Origin: an uncultured Prevotellaceae bacterium
Lineage (GTDB): Bacteria > Bacteroidota > Bacteroidia > Bacteroidales > Muribaculaceae
Length of the DNA: 64,000 bases
Reading direction: 5' to 3'
NCBI GenBank assembly: GCA_947306175.1
Contig: CAMZFV010000003.1
Span: 51,869 to 115,868, forward strand
The stretch's first letter is position 1; each line of letters starts with the position of its first letter. This document shows, one piece after another, positions 56,675 through 64,000 of this stretch. The notes below the pieces were generated by a model that did not search any database, was not told the DNA's origin, and worked only from the letters and a program-made list of their open reading frames with translations. Made by a program: the position numbers and the translations under genes.

Positions 56675-56897
56675 CATCTTATAAACTACTGAGAACTCTG
56701 ATATTTCTGATTGCACGGACCCACTCCCGGCCCGTGCAATCTGTTGTGTAGTATCATAGACCTGATAGGCAAGAACGATACCTCGTTTCCGTACTTCAGC
56801 AGCAATGAGTTATTTTGCGCAAAATTGTTATAAATAATGTAAAAATGCTATTATTGTTGAATTAAATGTAATATCTTTGCAAAAATGTTCGTTCGTT

Positions 56898-57506
56898 ATG
56901 AAAAAGATTGTTTTATTTCTCGTCGTGTTGATGCCGTTTGTTTTGTTTTCGCAAAGCAAATCTAAGAACGTGGACATTAAAAAGCCAATGCCCTCAAATA
57001 TCGTTATTTCTCCACAATCTTCTGAAAATGTACTTTCAGTAAATGCTCTCGGCATAGAGGTACATTTAAAAGATGAGAAAAGAAGTAATGAGAAAGAATA
57101 TTCTATCAGATTGTCTGGACTTCGATCCAGATTAGATAGAAGGCTACTTTTGGTAGAAGCACAGCCCATTTTACTGACATTAAGTAATGGAAAAGTATTG
57201 GAATTTAATACTGTTGGTGCGGGCATTAAAGAAGTCAACGATTCATTTTCAGAATCTCACGGCGTTGATGATGACCTCGTCTTTTTTGTTTCTCGTGAAC
57301 AGGTCAACGAAATCATACAAGGCAAAATTGTAAATGTACGTTTCGCGTTTAACGGTACAAAAATGATAGACTATAAGGTCGAGAATAATCGTTTCTCGGA
57401 AGTCTTGAGTCAGCAACTCGAAGTTCTTGATGGTAACACACAGCTGACACATGGTGACTATGACCGATACTTTGTGCCATTACAAGTTGCAACCCACGAT
57501 AGGTGA
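56898..57506 (+). CDS. Hypothetical exported protein (low GC)
   Basis: MKKIVLFL signal peptide; -7 box just upstream; no family recognised. Confidence 0.7.
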   Translation: MKKIVLFLVVLMPFVLFSQSKSKNVDIKKPMPSNIVISPQSSENVLSVNALGIEVHLKDEKRSNEKEYSIRLSGLRSRLDRRLLLVEAQPILLTLSNGKVLEFNTVGAGIKEVNDSFSESHGVDDDLVFFVSREQVNEIIQGKIVNVRFAFNGTKMIDYKVENNRFSEVLSQQLEVLDGNTQLTHGDYDRYFVPLQVATHDR

Positions 57507-57577
57507 TGCGCAAAACCTCACACCCGTTAAAGCGTCGGCAGACCTATAAGAGTTTTTAGATTATTCTCCTCTGATTT

Positions 57578-57623
57578 TTAATGGGCCTAACGGCCGAGAA
57601 CCTCTAGCTCATCGAAGCCAAAT
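57578..57623. repeat. Partial copy of the 19202-19341 element (reverse orientation)
   Basis: ttaatgggcctaacggccgagaacctctagctcatcgaagccaaat is near reverse complement of 19295-19340. Confidence 0.7.
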
Positions 57624-57720
57624 CCTCTGTTTTAACCAATAAAGAAGTACGGTGGGCAACAAATATGCCGACTTCTAGAAATCGTTTTTGGTACACAAAA
57701 CGAGAAAAGAGCTTTAGACC

Positions 57721-58137
57721 TTATTTTGGATGACCGACGTAGAGCACTGCGGCATCGCTTTTGCGAAGTCTTATCATTGCACAGCCTCCGATCTTGCCTT
57801 TGGGCAACGAGCCTTGTACAACCCATACCGTGTCGCCTTCAAGTTCAGCAATGAAAGGCCGCTCATTATATATCTCTGACCCGTAGATGGGATACCAGAC
57901 ACTTTCGGCTATCTTAATGGCCGTTTCCTTGTCTGGCACCATGCCACGGCTCTCAACCGCGTATTCGCCCTCAATATAGGGCCGGATGCGAGGCTCATAG
58001 CTAGTCCATGAATCTTCCTCCACTATGATATACAATCCTGATTCGTCGAACTTTATATTGCTGGGTCGCTGGCATCCCAGCAATCCCAATGACAGGGCCA
58101 CACACATCAAGTACACAAGTAAACAAGTATTCTTCAT
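57721..58137 (-). CDS. NTF2-fold immunity protein-like lipoprotein, copy 1
   Basis: Lipobox LLGC; VPDKETAIKIAESVWYPIYG, W.V.GSLP, GG...I...K.D..VL. Confidence 0.82.
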   Translation of the reverse strand: MKNTCLLVYLMCVALSLGLLGCQRPSNIKFDESGLYIIVEEDSWTSYEPRIRPYIEGEYAVESRGMVPDKETAIKIAESVWYPIYGSEIYNERPFIAELEGDTVWVVQGSLPKGKIGGCAMIRLRKSDAAVLYVGHPK

Positions 58138-58196
58138 AATGACTATGTTTTTATTGGCAGTTTTTAGTACTCATGGCGAGAAAAGTGCTTTAGACC

Positions 58197-58634
58197 TTAT
58201 TTTTCATGAATGACGTAGAGCACTGCGGCATCGCTTTTGCGAATTCTTATCATTGCACAGCCTCCGACGTTGAAGCCTTCGGGCAACGAGCCTTGTACAA
58301 GCCATGCCGTGTCGCCTTCGAGTTCAGCAATGAAAGGCAGTTCAGTATATATCTCTGACCCATAGATGGGATACCAGACACTTTCAGCTATCTTAATGGC
58401 CGTTTCCTTGTCTGGCACCATGCCACGGCGCATAGCCTCTTCTTCTCCATAGCCCTCAATTTTGGGCTGGATGCGAGGCTCCAGGCGAATAAATGTATCT
58501 TCTTCCACAAGGTTATACAATCCTGATTCGGTATACTTTATATTGCTCTTTATATTGCTGGGTCGCTGGCATCCCAGCAATCCCAATGACAGGGCAACCC
58601 AGATTATGCACACAAATAAACAAATGTTCTTCAT
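58197..58634 (-). CDS. NTF2-fold immunity protein-like lipoprotein, copy 2
   Basis: Paralog of 57721-58137 with the same motifs. Confidence 0.82.
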   Translation of the reverse strand: MKNICLFVCIIWVALSLGLLGCQRPSNIKSNIKYTESGLYNLVEEDTFIRLEPRIQPKIEGYGEEEAMRRGMVPDKETAIKIAESVWYPIYGSEIYTELPFIAELEGDTAWLVQGSLPEGFNVGGCAMIRIRKSDAAVLYVIHEK

Positions 58635-58928
58635 AATGACTATGTTTTAATTGGCAAAGATACTTGTTTCTGGCAGAAAAAACAAGGGGAATGAAGTTTT
58701 TTTCAATCGGTTGAAATACAGCGGTTCGCAAAAGGTGAAATGAACTGCGATTATTTGCTGGGTTCGCTTCACTCCTTAGGCCTAGTCCAGGCCTTCGGTC
58801 CTAGATCGATTGCGACTTTTACCAGACACCAATATTTCTATATCTATTCGGGAATATTATTAGGCGAGGTAAGATAATGATAACACACCTTATGTGATGA
58901 ATATTGACCTTAATAGAACGGTGCAAGG

Positions 58929-58970
58929 AAAAGGGCTCGACTGGTAGGGTGAAAACACACCAGGCGGGCC
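58929..58970 (-). terminator. Probable intrinsic terminator of the DUF6440-like gene
   Basis: Minus strand ggcccgcctggt...accagtcgagcc followed by ctttt. Confidence 0.6.
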
Positions 58971-59004
58971 GTTGTTGTTCGGTAGTTGCAGGGATTGGAG
59001 AGGG

Positions 59005-59199
59005 TTAGTCGTCGACGATGCCGTGGGTGACGATGGGCTTTCCGTTCTCGTCGATCAAGGGGGTTAATCCTGCACCGTTACCGTAAACCACAAAAAGGTA
59101 GTTTACACCAGTCTCGGTGTCAACAATCACTGATGCCTCTCGGCAGAGCCCCTTCATCTCCCGGTCTGCCCAAACGAATCTTTTAAGTCCTCTTCCCAT
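59005..59199 (-). CDS. DUF6440-like small protein
   Basis: IVDTETGVNYL....G...GLTPLID.NGKP pattern. Confidence 0.78.
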   Translation of the reverse strand: MGRGLKRFVWADREMKGLCREASVIVDTETGVNYLFVVYGNGAGLTPLIDENGKPIVTHGIVDD

Positions 59200-59441
59200 A
59201 ATGTCATGAATTAATGTGATTACTATTTGGATGCAAAAATAGTATCAAAGTTTGTATTGACCAATATGATCAGTACAAATTTGTCACACGTCCTAACAAA
59301 GGTTGTGTACCGCTATTCGGTAGTTTTTGAATGAATTTGGGATAAATCTTTAGGAAATTATAAATAAAATACTCATTTTTGTATAAAGTTATAGTACCTT
59401 TGACGCCTCGACATACTATAGCTATCTGAAATAATAACACT

Positions 59442-60404
59442 ATGAAGAAGAGAACAAATAACTTTCTTTGGACGTTGGTGGGAATCATCGTCGCCATCGT
59501 CGTTATCGGTGTGGCCGCCTTGCTGATAGACGGACGTTCGCCGCAAGCCATCATTGTCAGCCATGCCTTAACCAAGTCAACCATGGATGACTATAATCAA
59601 GCCAAGGGCGACAAGACCGACAAGAGCACAGTAGAGATACCGAGCGATGTGAACTTCCCTCGCGAGATGCGTCAGTACAGGGTGGGGGGCATGCAGGTAT
59701 TCCACATGGAGCCCCTGGACGACAGCAAACCCGTTGTGCTGTACATCCATGGCGGAGCCTACCTGCACAACTTCAGCACGCCGCATTGGGATGCGATGGC
59801 CAAGTGGGCCGAGGCAACGGGCTGCGGTATCGTGACGCCTAACTACCCGCTGCTTTTCAGTTACACGGCCAAGGATGCCCATCCGCTGATGATGCAGCTC
59901 TATCAGCAGCTCATCAAGCAGTACCCCGCAAGGCGCATCGTCATCATGGGTGACTCGGCTGGAGGCGGCTTCACGCTCGCCTTGACTCAAGAGTTGCGCA
60001 ACGACTCGATCGACCTGCCTGCACACCTTGTGCTCATCTCGCCTTGGGTTGACGTGCTGGGTGGCGATGATGCGTTACAAGAGCATGATACCTTCCTCGA
60101 TGCAGAAGTGTTAAGGAAAGTGGGTGCCGACTGGGCAGCAGAGATGGATCCGCATGACCCGATGATTTCGCCCATGTATGGCGACATGCAGGGATTGCCG
60201 CCTACTGACCTTTACGCTGGCACATGGGAAATCTTCTATACCGATATCGTCAATACTTATGAGAAGATGAAGGCCGCAGGCGTGGATGCCCGGCTGCATG
60301 TGGCCGAGAAGATGGGTCACGTTTATCCTCTCTGGCCCTGTCCCGAAGGCAAGAAAGCCCACGAAGAAATCGCAGAAATTATTAAGGCAACAGAGCATAA
60401 TTAG
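59442..60404 (+). CDS. Alpha/beta hydrolase (HSL-like esterase)
   Basis: HGGAY, GDSAGG nucleophile elbow, SPW, C-terminal His; N-terminal TM. Confidence 0.9.
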   Translation: MKKRTNNFLWTLVGIIVAIVVIGVAALLIDGRSPQAIIVSHALTKSTMDDYNQAKGDKTDKSTVEIPSDVNFPREMRQYRVGGMQVFHMEPLDDSKPVVLYIHGGAYLHNFSTPHWDAMAKWAEATGCGIVTPNYPLLFSYTAKDAHPLMMQLYQQLIKQYPARRIVIMGDSAGGGFTLALTQELRNDSIDLPAHLVLISPWVDVLGGDDALQEHDTFLDAEVLRKVGADWAAEMDPHDPMISPMYGDMQGLPPTDLYAGTWEIFYTDIVNTYEKMKAAGVDARLHVAEKMGHVYPLWPCPEGKKAHEEIAEIIKATEHN

Positions 60405-60507
60405 GTCAAACTAATAGAGAGGAACTCTTCCATTCTCGATAATTTTACAGGCCACTTCTCATTATTGGGATTTTGTAGTATTTTTGTGAGGATTAAATAC
60501 AGGTAAT

Positions 60508-61212
60508 ATGGAATTGAAAGCGTTTATTGAGAGTTATCGTGAGGCCTTCGGCGAAAAGGCGCCGTTACCGTTGTTGTTTGGCTATAGCGACACGCCTGTG
60601 GCACAGACTGCAAAGATCGGCGGTTGTTTCTTTAAGGGTCTGCAAGCAGCGCGTGAGGGCACTCCAGTGGCGCTGAATGCCGATGTTATCGGTTGCGGGG
60701 GCGGCAAACTCTACACAGGTTTCGCTGATATGCCCGAGCGGGTACCCAGCTTTGTCTCGCTAACCGAAAAATATAAGCGGACGCCCGAAATGGTGGAGGA
60801 TTATGTGAAGAGTCTGGAAATGCCGCGCTCCACCAAGGCTTATTTGAACTTTGTCAGGGCGGATCAGGCGGAATCGCTGGACGGCTTTGAGGGTGTGATG
60901 TTTTATGCCACGCCCGACATGTTGTCGGGACTGTGTGGCTGGGCCTATTTTGACAGCAATGCGCCCGACGCCGTTGTTGCCCAGTTCGGGTCAGGATGCA
61001 GCACGGTAGTTTCGATGACGGTAGTCGAGAATGCCCGTGGCGGGCACCGCTGTTTCCTCGGGCTGTTCGACCCATCGGTGAGACCGTGGGTAGGCAAGGA
61101 CGAATTGAGTTTCACCATACCTATGAGCCGCTTCACGGTGATGCTGGATACGATGCGCGAGTGTTTCCTGTTTGGTTCCCACGCTTGGGAACGTATCAAG
61201 GCTCGCCTGTAA
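60508..61212 (+). CDS. DUF169 family protein
   Basis: GCGGG..Y.GF, TPD.LSGL, FGSGC, G.FDPS.R motifs. Confidence 0.78.
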   Translation: MELKAFIESYREAFGEKAPLPLLFGYSDTPVAQTAKIGGCFFKGLQAAREGTPVALNADVIGCGGGKLYTGFADMPERVPSFVSLTEKYKRTPEMVEDYVKSLEMPRSTKAYLNFVRADQAESLDGFEGVMFYATPDMLSGLCGWAYFDSNAPDAVVAQFGSGCSTVVSMTVVENARGGHRCFLGLFDPSVRPWVGKDELSFTIPMSRFTVMLDTMRECFLFGSHAWERIKARL

Positions 61213-61303
61213 ATCATGTTATAGAATGTGAATTGCCCCGTATTCATTTTGGATTACGGGCGGATTGGTGTATATTTGCACAAACTTTTAACCGATGTTT
61301 GAT

Positions 61304-62446
61304 ATGAGACGTCAATTCATTTTTCTTGTTGCGCTCTTGGTGATGACATTGACCGCCAGCGCCCAAGGGTTCTTTGCTCCTTCGGTCAACAGCCCCGACA
61401 TTGCTAAGGATGGGACGGTGACTTTTAAAGTGAAGGCACCGGGAGCCGACACCGTGAAGCTGATCATCGACACGCGTGTGGATACGTTGATGAAGCGTCA
61501 GGGTAACGATTCTTGGAGCATTACCTTGCGGGACCTGGAGCCCGACCTGTATATGTACTACTATGTCATTGACGGGATGAAGGTGCTGGACAATGAGAAT
61601 GCCCACACGCTGCGCGACGTCAAGAACGTGATGAATATCTTTGTGCTCGACCCTAAGGGCAACTGCCCGATGGCGGTTCATGACGTGCCGCATGGCGAGG
61701 TCAGGGCCGTGTGGTATGACTCCCCGACGTTAGGAACCAAGCGCCGCATGATGATTTATTTGCCGCCTGGCTATGACCAGAGCCGTCAGCGTTACCCGGT
61801 CCTGTACTTGTTGCACGGAACGGGTGGTGACGAGACGGTGTGGCTGGAGCAGGGCTGTACCGCCCAGATCCTCGATAATCTCATTGCAAGCGGCGAGGCT
61901 GAGCCGATGATTGTGGTGATGCCTAACGGCAACGTGGATGAGCAGGCGGCGTCCAGCATGAGCGAAAAAGGCAATGTGCAGCCCTCTTTTTCCCACAAGA
62001 ACTGGATGGACGGCACCTTTGAGCAGAGTTTTAATGACATCATGAACTGGGTGGATAACAACTACCGCACCCGTGCTGCCAAGCGTTATCGCGCCATTGC
62101 GGGTTTGTCGATGGGCGGTTACCATTCGCTCTACATCAGCGCCAACCAGCCCGATGATTTTGCCTATGTGGGCTTGTTTTCGCCCGCCATCAGCCGCATG
62201 GATCAGGGCAAGAGCAAGATCTATGACGACCTTGAGGCCAAGCTGGTTGCTCAGTTCAAACAGCGTCCCAAGTTGTACTGGATGGGCATTGGCGACAAGG
62301 ACTTCCTCTATAACGACAATGCTGAGTTCAGGCAATTGCTCGACAAGAACCGCCTGCGTTACACCTACCACGAGAGCGGTGCAGGCCACGAGTGGGCCAA
62401 CTGGCGCGACTATCTGGTGATTTTTACTCAACTGATATTTAAATAA
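61304..62446 (+). CDS. Esterase (CE1-like) with N-terminal Ig/CBM48-like domain
   Basis: Signal peptide, YLPPGY, YPVLYLLHG, IVVMPNG, AGLSMGG, GHEW..WR. Confidence 0.88.
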   Translation: MRRQFIFLVALLVMTLTASAQGFFAPSVNSPDIAKDGTVTFKVKAPGADTVKLIIDTRVDTLMKRQGNDSWSITLRDLEPDLYMYYYVIDGMKVLDNENAHTLRDVKNVMNIFVLDPKGNCPMAVHDVPHGEVRAVWYDSPTLGTKRRMMIYLPPGYDQSRQRYPVLYLLHGTGGDETVWLEQGCTAQILDNLIASGEAEPMIVVMPNGNVDEQAASSMSEKGNVQPSFSHKNWMDGTFEQSFNDIMNWVDNNYRTRAAKRYRAIAGLSMGGYHSLYISANQPDDFAYVGLFSPAISRMDQGKSKIYDDLEAKLVAQFKQRPKLYWMGIGDKDFLYNDNAEFRQLLDKNRLRYTYHESGAGHEWANWRDYLVIFTQLIFK

Positions 62447-62451
62447 GTTTT

Positions 62452-62513
62452 GTAGAGACGCAAAATTTTGCGTCTCGTATGCTGGATGGAGACGCAAGAT
62501 TTTGCGTCTCTAC
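62452..62513. repeat. GTAG-family REP doublet (inverted pair)
   Basis: gtagagacgcaaaattttgcgtctc + gagacgcaagattttgcgtctctac. Confidence 0.88.
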
Positions 62514-62528
62514 AAAAAGAAAGACCGA

Positions 62529-63011
62529 ATGCTTGACGCGCTTATCCATTTCTTCACCCAGTGGGGCTACCTCGGACTGTTTCTGGGGTCGTTCCTTGCT
62601 GGTAGTGTCATCCCGTTCAGCAGCGAGGCGCTGGTCATCGCTTGTGTGGGACCATTGCACATGGATCCTGTCACCAGCATGTTTGTGGCGCTGGCGGGCA
62701 ACGTGAGCGGCGGCATGACGTGCTACTGGATTGGCCATCTGGGCAAAATCGAGTGGATTGAGAAATATGCCCATGTGAGCGAGGAGAAACTGAACCGCGC
62801 CCTGCACTTTATGCATAACCGTGGTGCGTGGATGGGCTTCTTTGCCTTTGTGCCCATGCTGGGCACCGCTATCAGTGTCGCCTTGGGTTACGTGCGCTCC
62901 AACGTGTGGATTGTCCTCGTGACCATGACCATCGGCAAACTCCTCCGCTATGCCGCCATCATCTGGGGCTCCCTGAAACTCATCAACATCCTCACGTTCC
63001 TTCCTGCCTAA
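62529..63011 (+). CDS. YqaA/DedA (VTT) family membrane protein
   Basis: FLAGSVIPFSSE, GN..G....Y.IG, GKLLRY. Confidence 0.88.
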   Translation: MLDALIHFFTQWGYLGLFLGSFLAGSVIPFSSEALVIACVGPLHMDPVTSMFVALAGNVSGGMTCYWIGHLGKIEWIEKYAHVSEEKLNRALHFMHNRGAWMGFFAFVPMLGTAISVALGYVRSNVWIVLVTMTIGKLLRYAAIIWGSLKLINILTFLPA

Positions 63012-63048
63012 TCAACTCTAAACACCTAACCAATAAATCCTAACAAAT

Positions 63049-63687
63049 ATGACACCTATTGAAATTCATAACGAACTGCTGGCGGGACGTATCATCAAGT
63101 ATCTGGAACGCCGCAACTTCAAGGCGCACTATTGTGCCACTGCCGCTGAGGCTATCGAACTTGTCAAATCAATCATGCCTGAGGGCAGCAGTGTCACTTG
63201 GGGCGGGTCGCAGACCATCCGTGAGATGGGGCTGACCAGCGAACTCATCGGCAGCGGAGCCTATAAGGTCATCGACCGCGACAAGGCGGTCACCAACGAG
63301 GAAAAGCGCCAGTGCTACCTCGATGCGATGGATGTGGACTACTTCCTCACCAGTGCCAACGCTATCACCCAGGATGGCGTTATCGTCAACATCGATGGAC
63401 GTGGCAACCGCGTTGCCGCCATCACTTGGGGACCGCACAACGTGATACACATTATCGGGTTGAACAAGGTAGCGCCCACCATCGAGGCTGCCCTTGCCCG
63501 TGCCCGCAACGTTGCCGCTCCCATCAATACTGCTCGCTTGGGCTGCGACACACCATGCCGACTTGACGGCGTGTGCCACAACTGCAACTCCCCGCAGTGC
63601 ATCTGCAACTACGTCCACTTCACCCGCAACAGCTTCCCCGCCCATCGCCACACCGTTATCCTTGTGGGCGAGAACTGGGGCTACTAA
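63049..63687 (+). CDS. LUD-domain (lactate utilization C-like) protein
   Basis: GGSQT, SANAIT.DG..VNIDG.GNRV, G.NK, C-terminal Cys cluster. Confidence 0.85.
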   Translation: MTPIEIHNELLAGRIIKYLERRNFKAHYCATAAEAIELVKSIMPEGSSVTWGGSQTIREMGLTSELIGSGAYKVIDRDKAVTNEEKRQCYLDAMDVDYFLTSANAITQDGVIVNIDGRGNRVAAITWGPHNVIHIIGLNKVAPTIEAALARARNVAAPINTARLGCDTPCRLDGVCHNCNSPQCICNYVHFTRNSFPAHRHTVILVGENWGY

Positions 63688-63834
63688 CCCAAGAAGGAAA
63701 ACAATAAATACAACAAATACAATCAATTGGTTTTTTAAAAAAAACAACTTGAACAACTCAAACAATGATATTGAATAAAACAAACGGCATATTATTGTCA
63801 TAGTTGTTTCAGTTGTCTTCTTTTCATATTGACG

Positions 63835-64000
63835 ATGGAAAAAGAATTGAGTTTTATTGGGATTATACCGGCGAGGTATGCCTCGACGAGGTTCCCAGGG
63901 AAGCCGTTGGCGATGCTGGGTGGCATGACGATGATTGAACGGGTTTACCGCCAGGTGGGCAAGGTGCTTGACCGTGTTGTGGTCGCTACTGATGATGACC
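63835..64000 (+). CDS. kdsB: 3-deoxy-manno-octulosonate cytidylyltransferase, runs off the window end
   Basis: Manual translation [26 protein letters not shown]...VVATDD. Confidence 0.92.
   Translation, partial: MEKELSFIGIIPARYASTRFPGKPLAMLGGMTMIERVYRQVGKVLDRVVVATDDD

Noticed and set aside
58660..58925. Possible IS end or ncRNA upstream of the immunity genes
   Set aside because: Only short weak hairpins; no terminal repeat partner, transposase remnant or promoter-terminator pair that I could support

Overview
A 64 kb chromosomal segment from a Bacteroidales bacterium (Prevotella/Muribaculaceae-like). The assignment rests on many TAnnTTTG -7 promoter boxes, a moxR-DUF58-batABCDE operon and a dockerin-bearing C10 peptidase. 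The backbone is housekeeping and carbohydrate genes: pepD, two GH13 amylases, GH125, trkAH, tRNA-Met, Dus, an AlkZ-like glycosylase, mutY, a Dcu transporter with a porin, esterases and the start of kdsB. Lower-GC accessory genes are interspersed: a serpin, a YhcG nuclease, yefM-yoeB and tandem NTF2-fold immunity lipoproteins. The most unusual region is 39.4-45.3 kb. There a GATC-specific DpnII/MboI-like restriction-modification operon plus a DpnD-like gene sits between ~640-bp direct repeats (a truncated and an intact copy of a degenerate P-loop gene with its REP-mosaic promoter). The operon has a ~270-nt highly structured leader and is almost free of GATC, except for a three-site cluster at its head. 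Intergenic DNA carries several repeat families (GTAG REPs, promoter-carrying hairpin elements, 7-mer and 9-mer periodic tracts, a 53-bp triplet) and two candidate stand-alone sRNAs. I found no CRISPR array, integrase, transposase or reverse transcriptase. All family calls come from motif recognition by eye; no searches were run.
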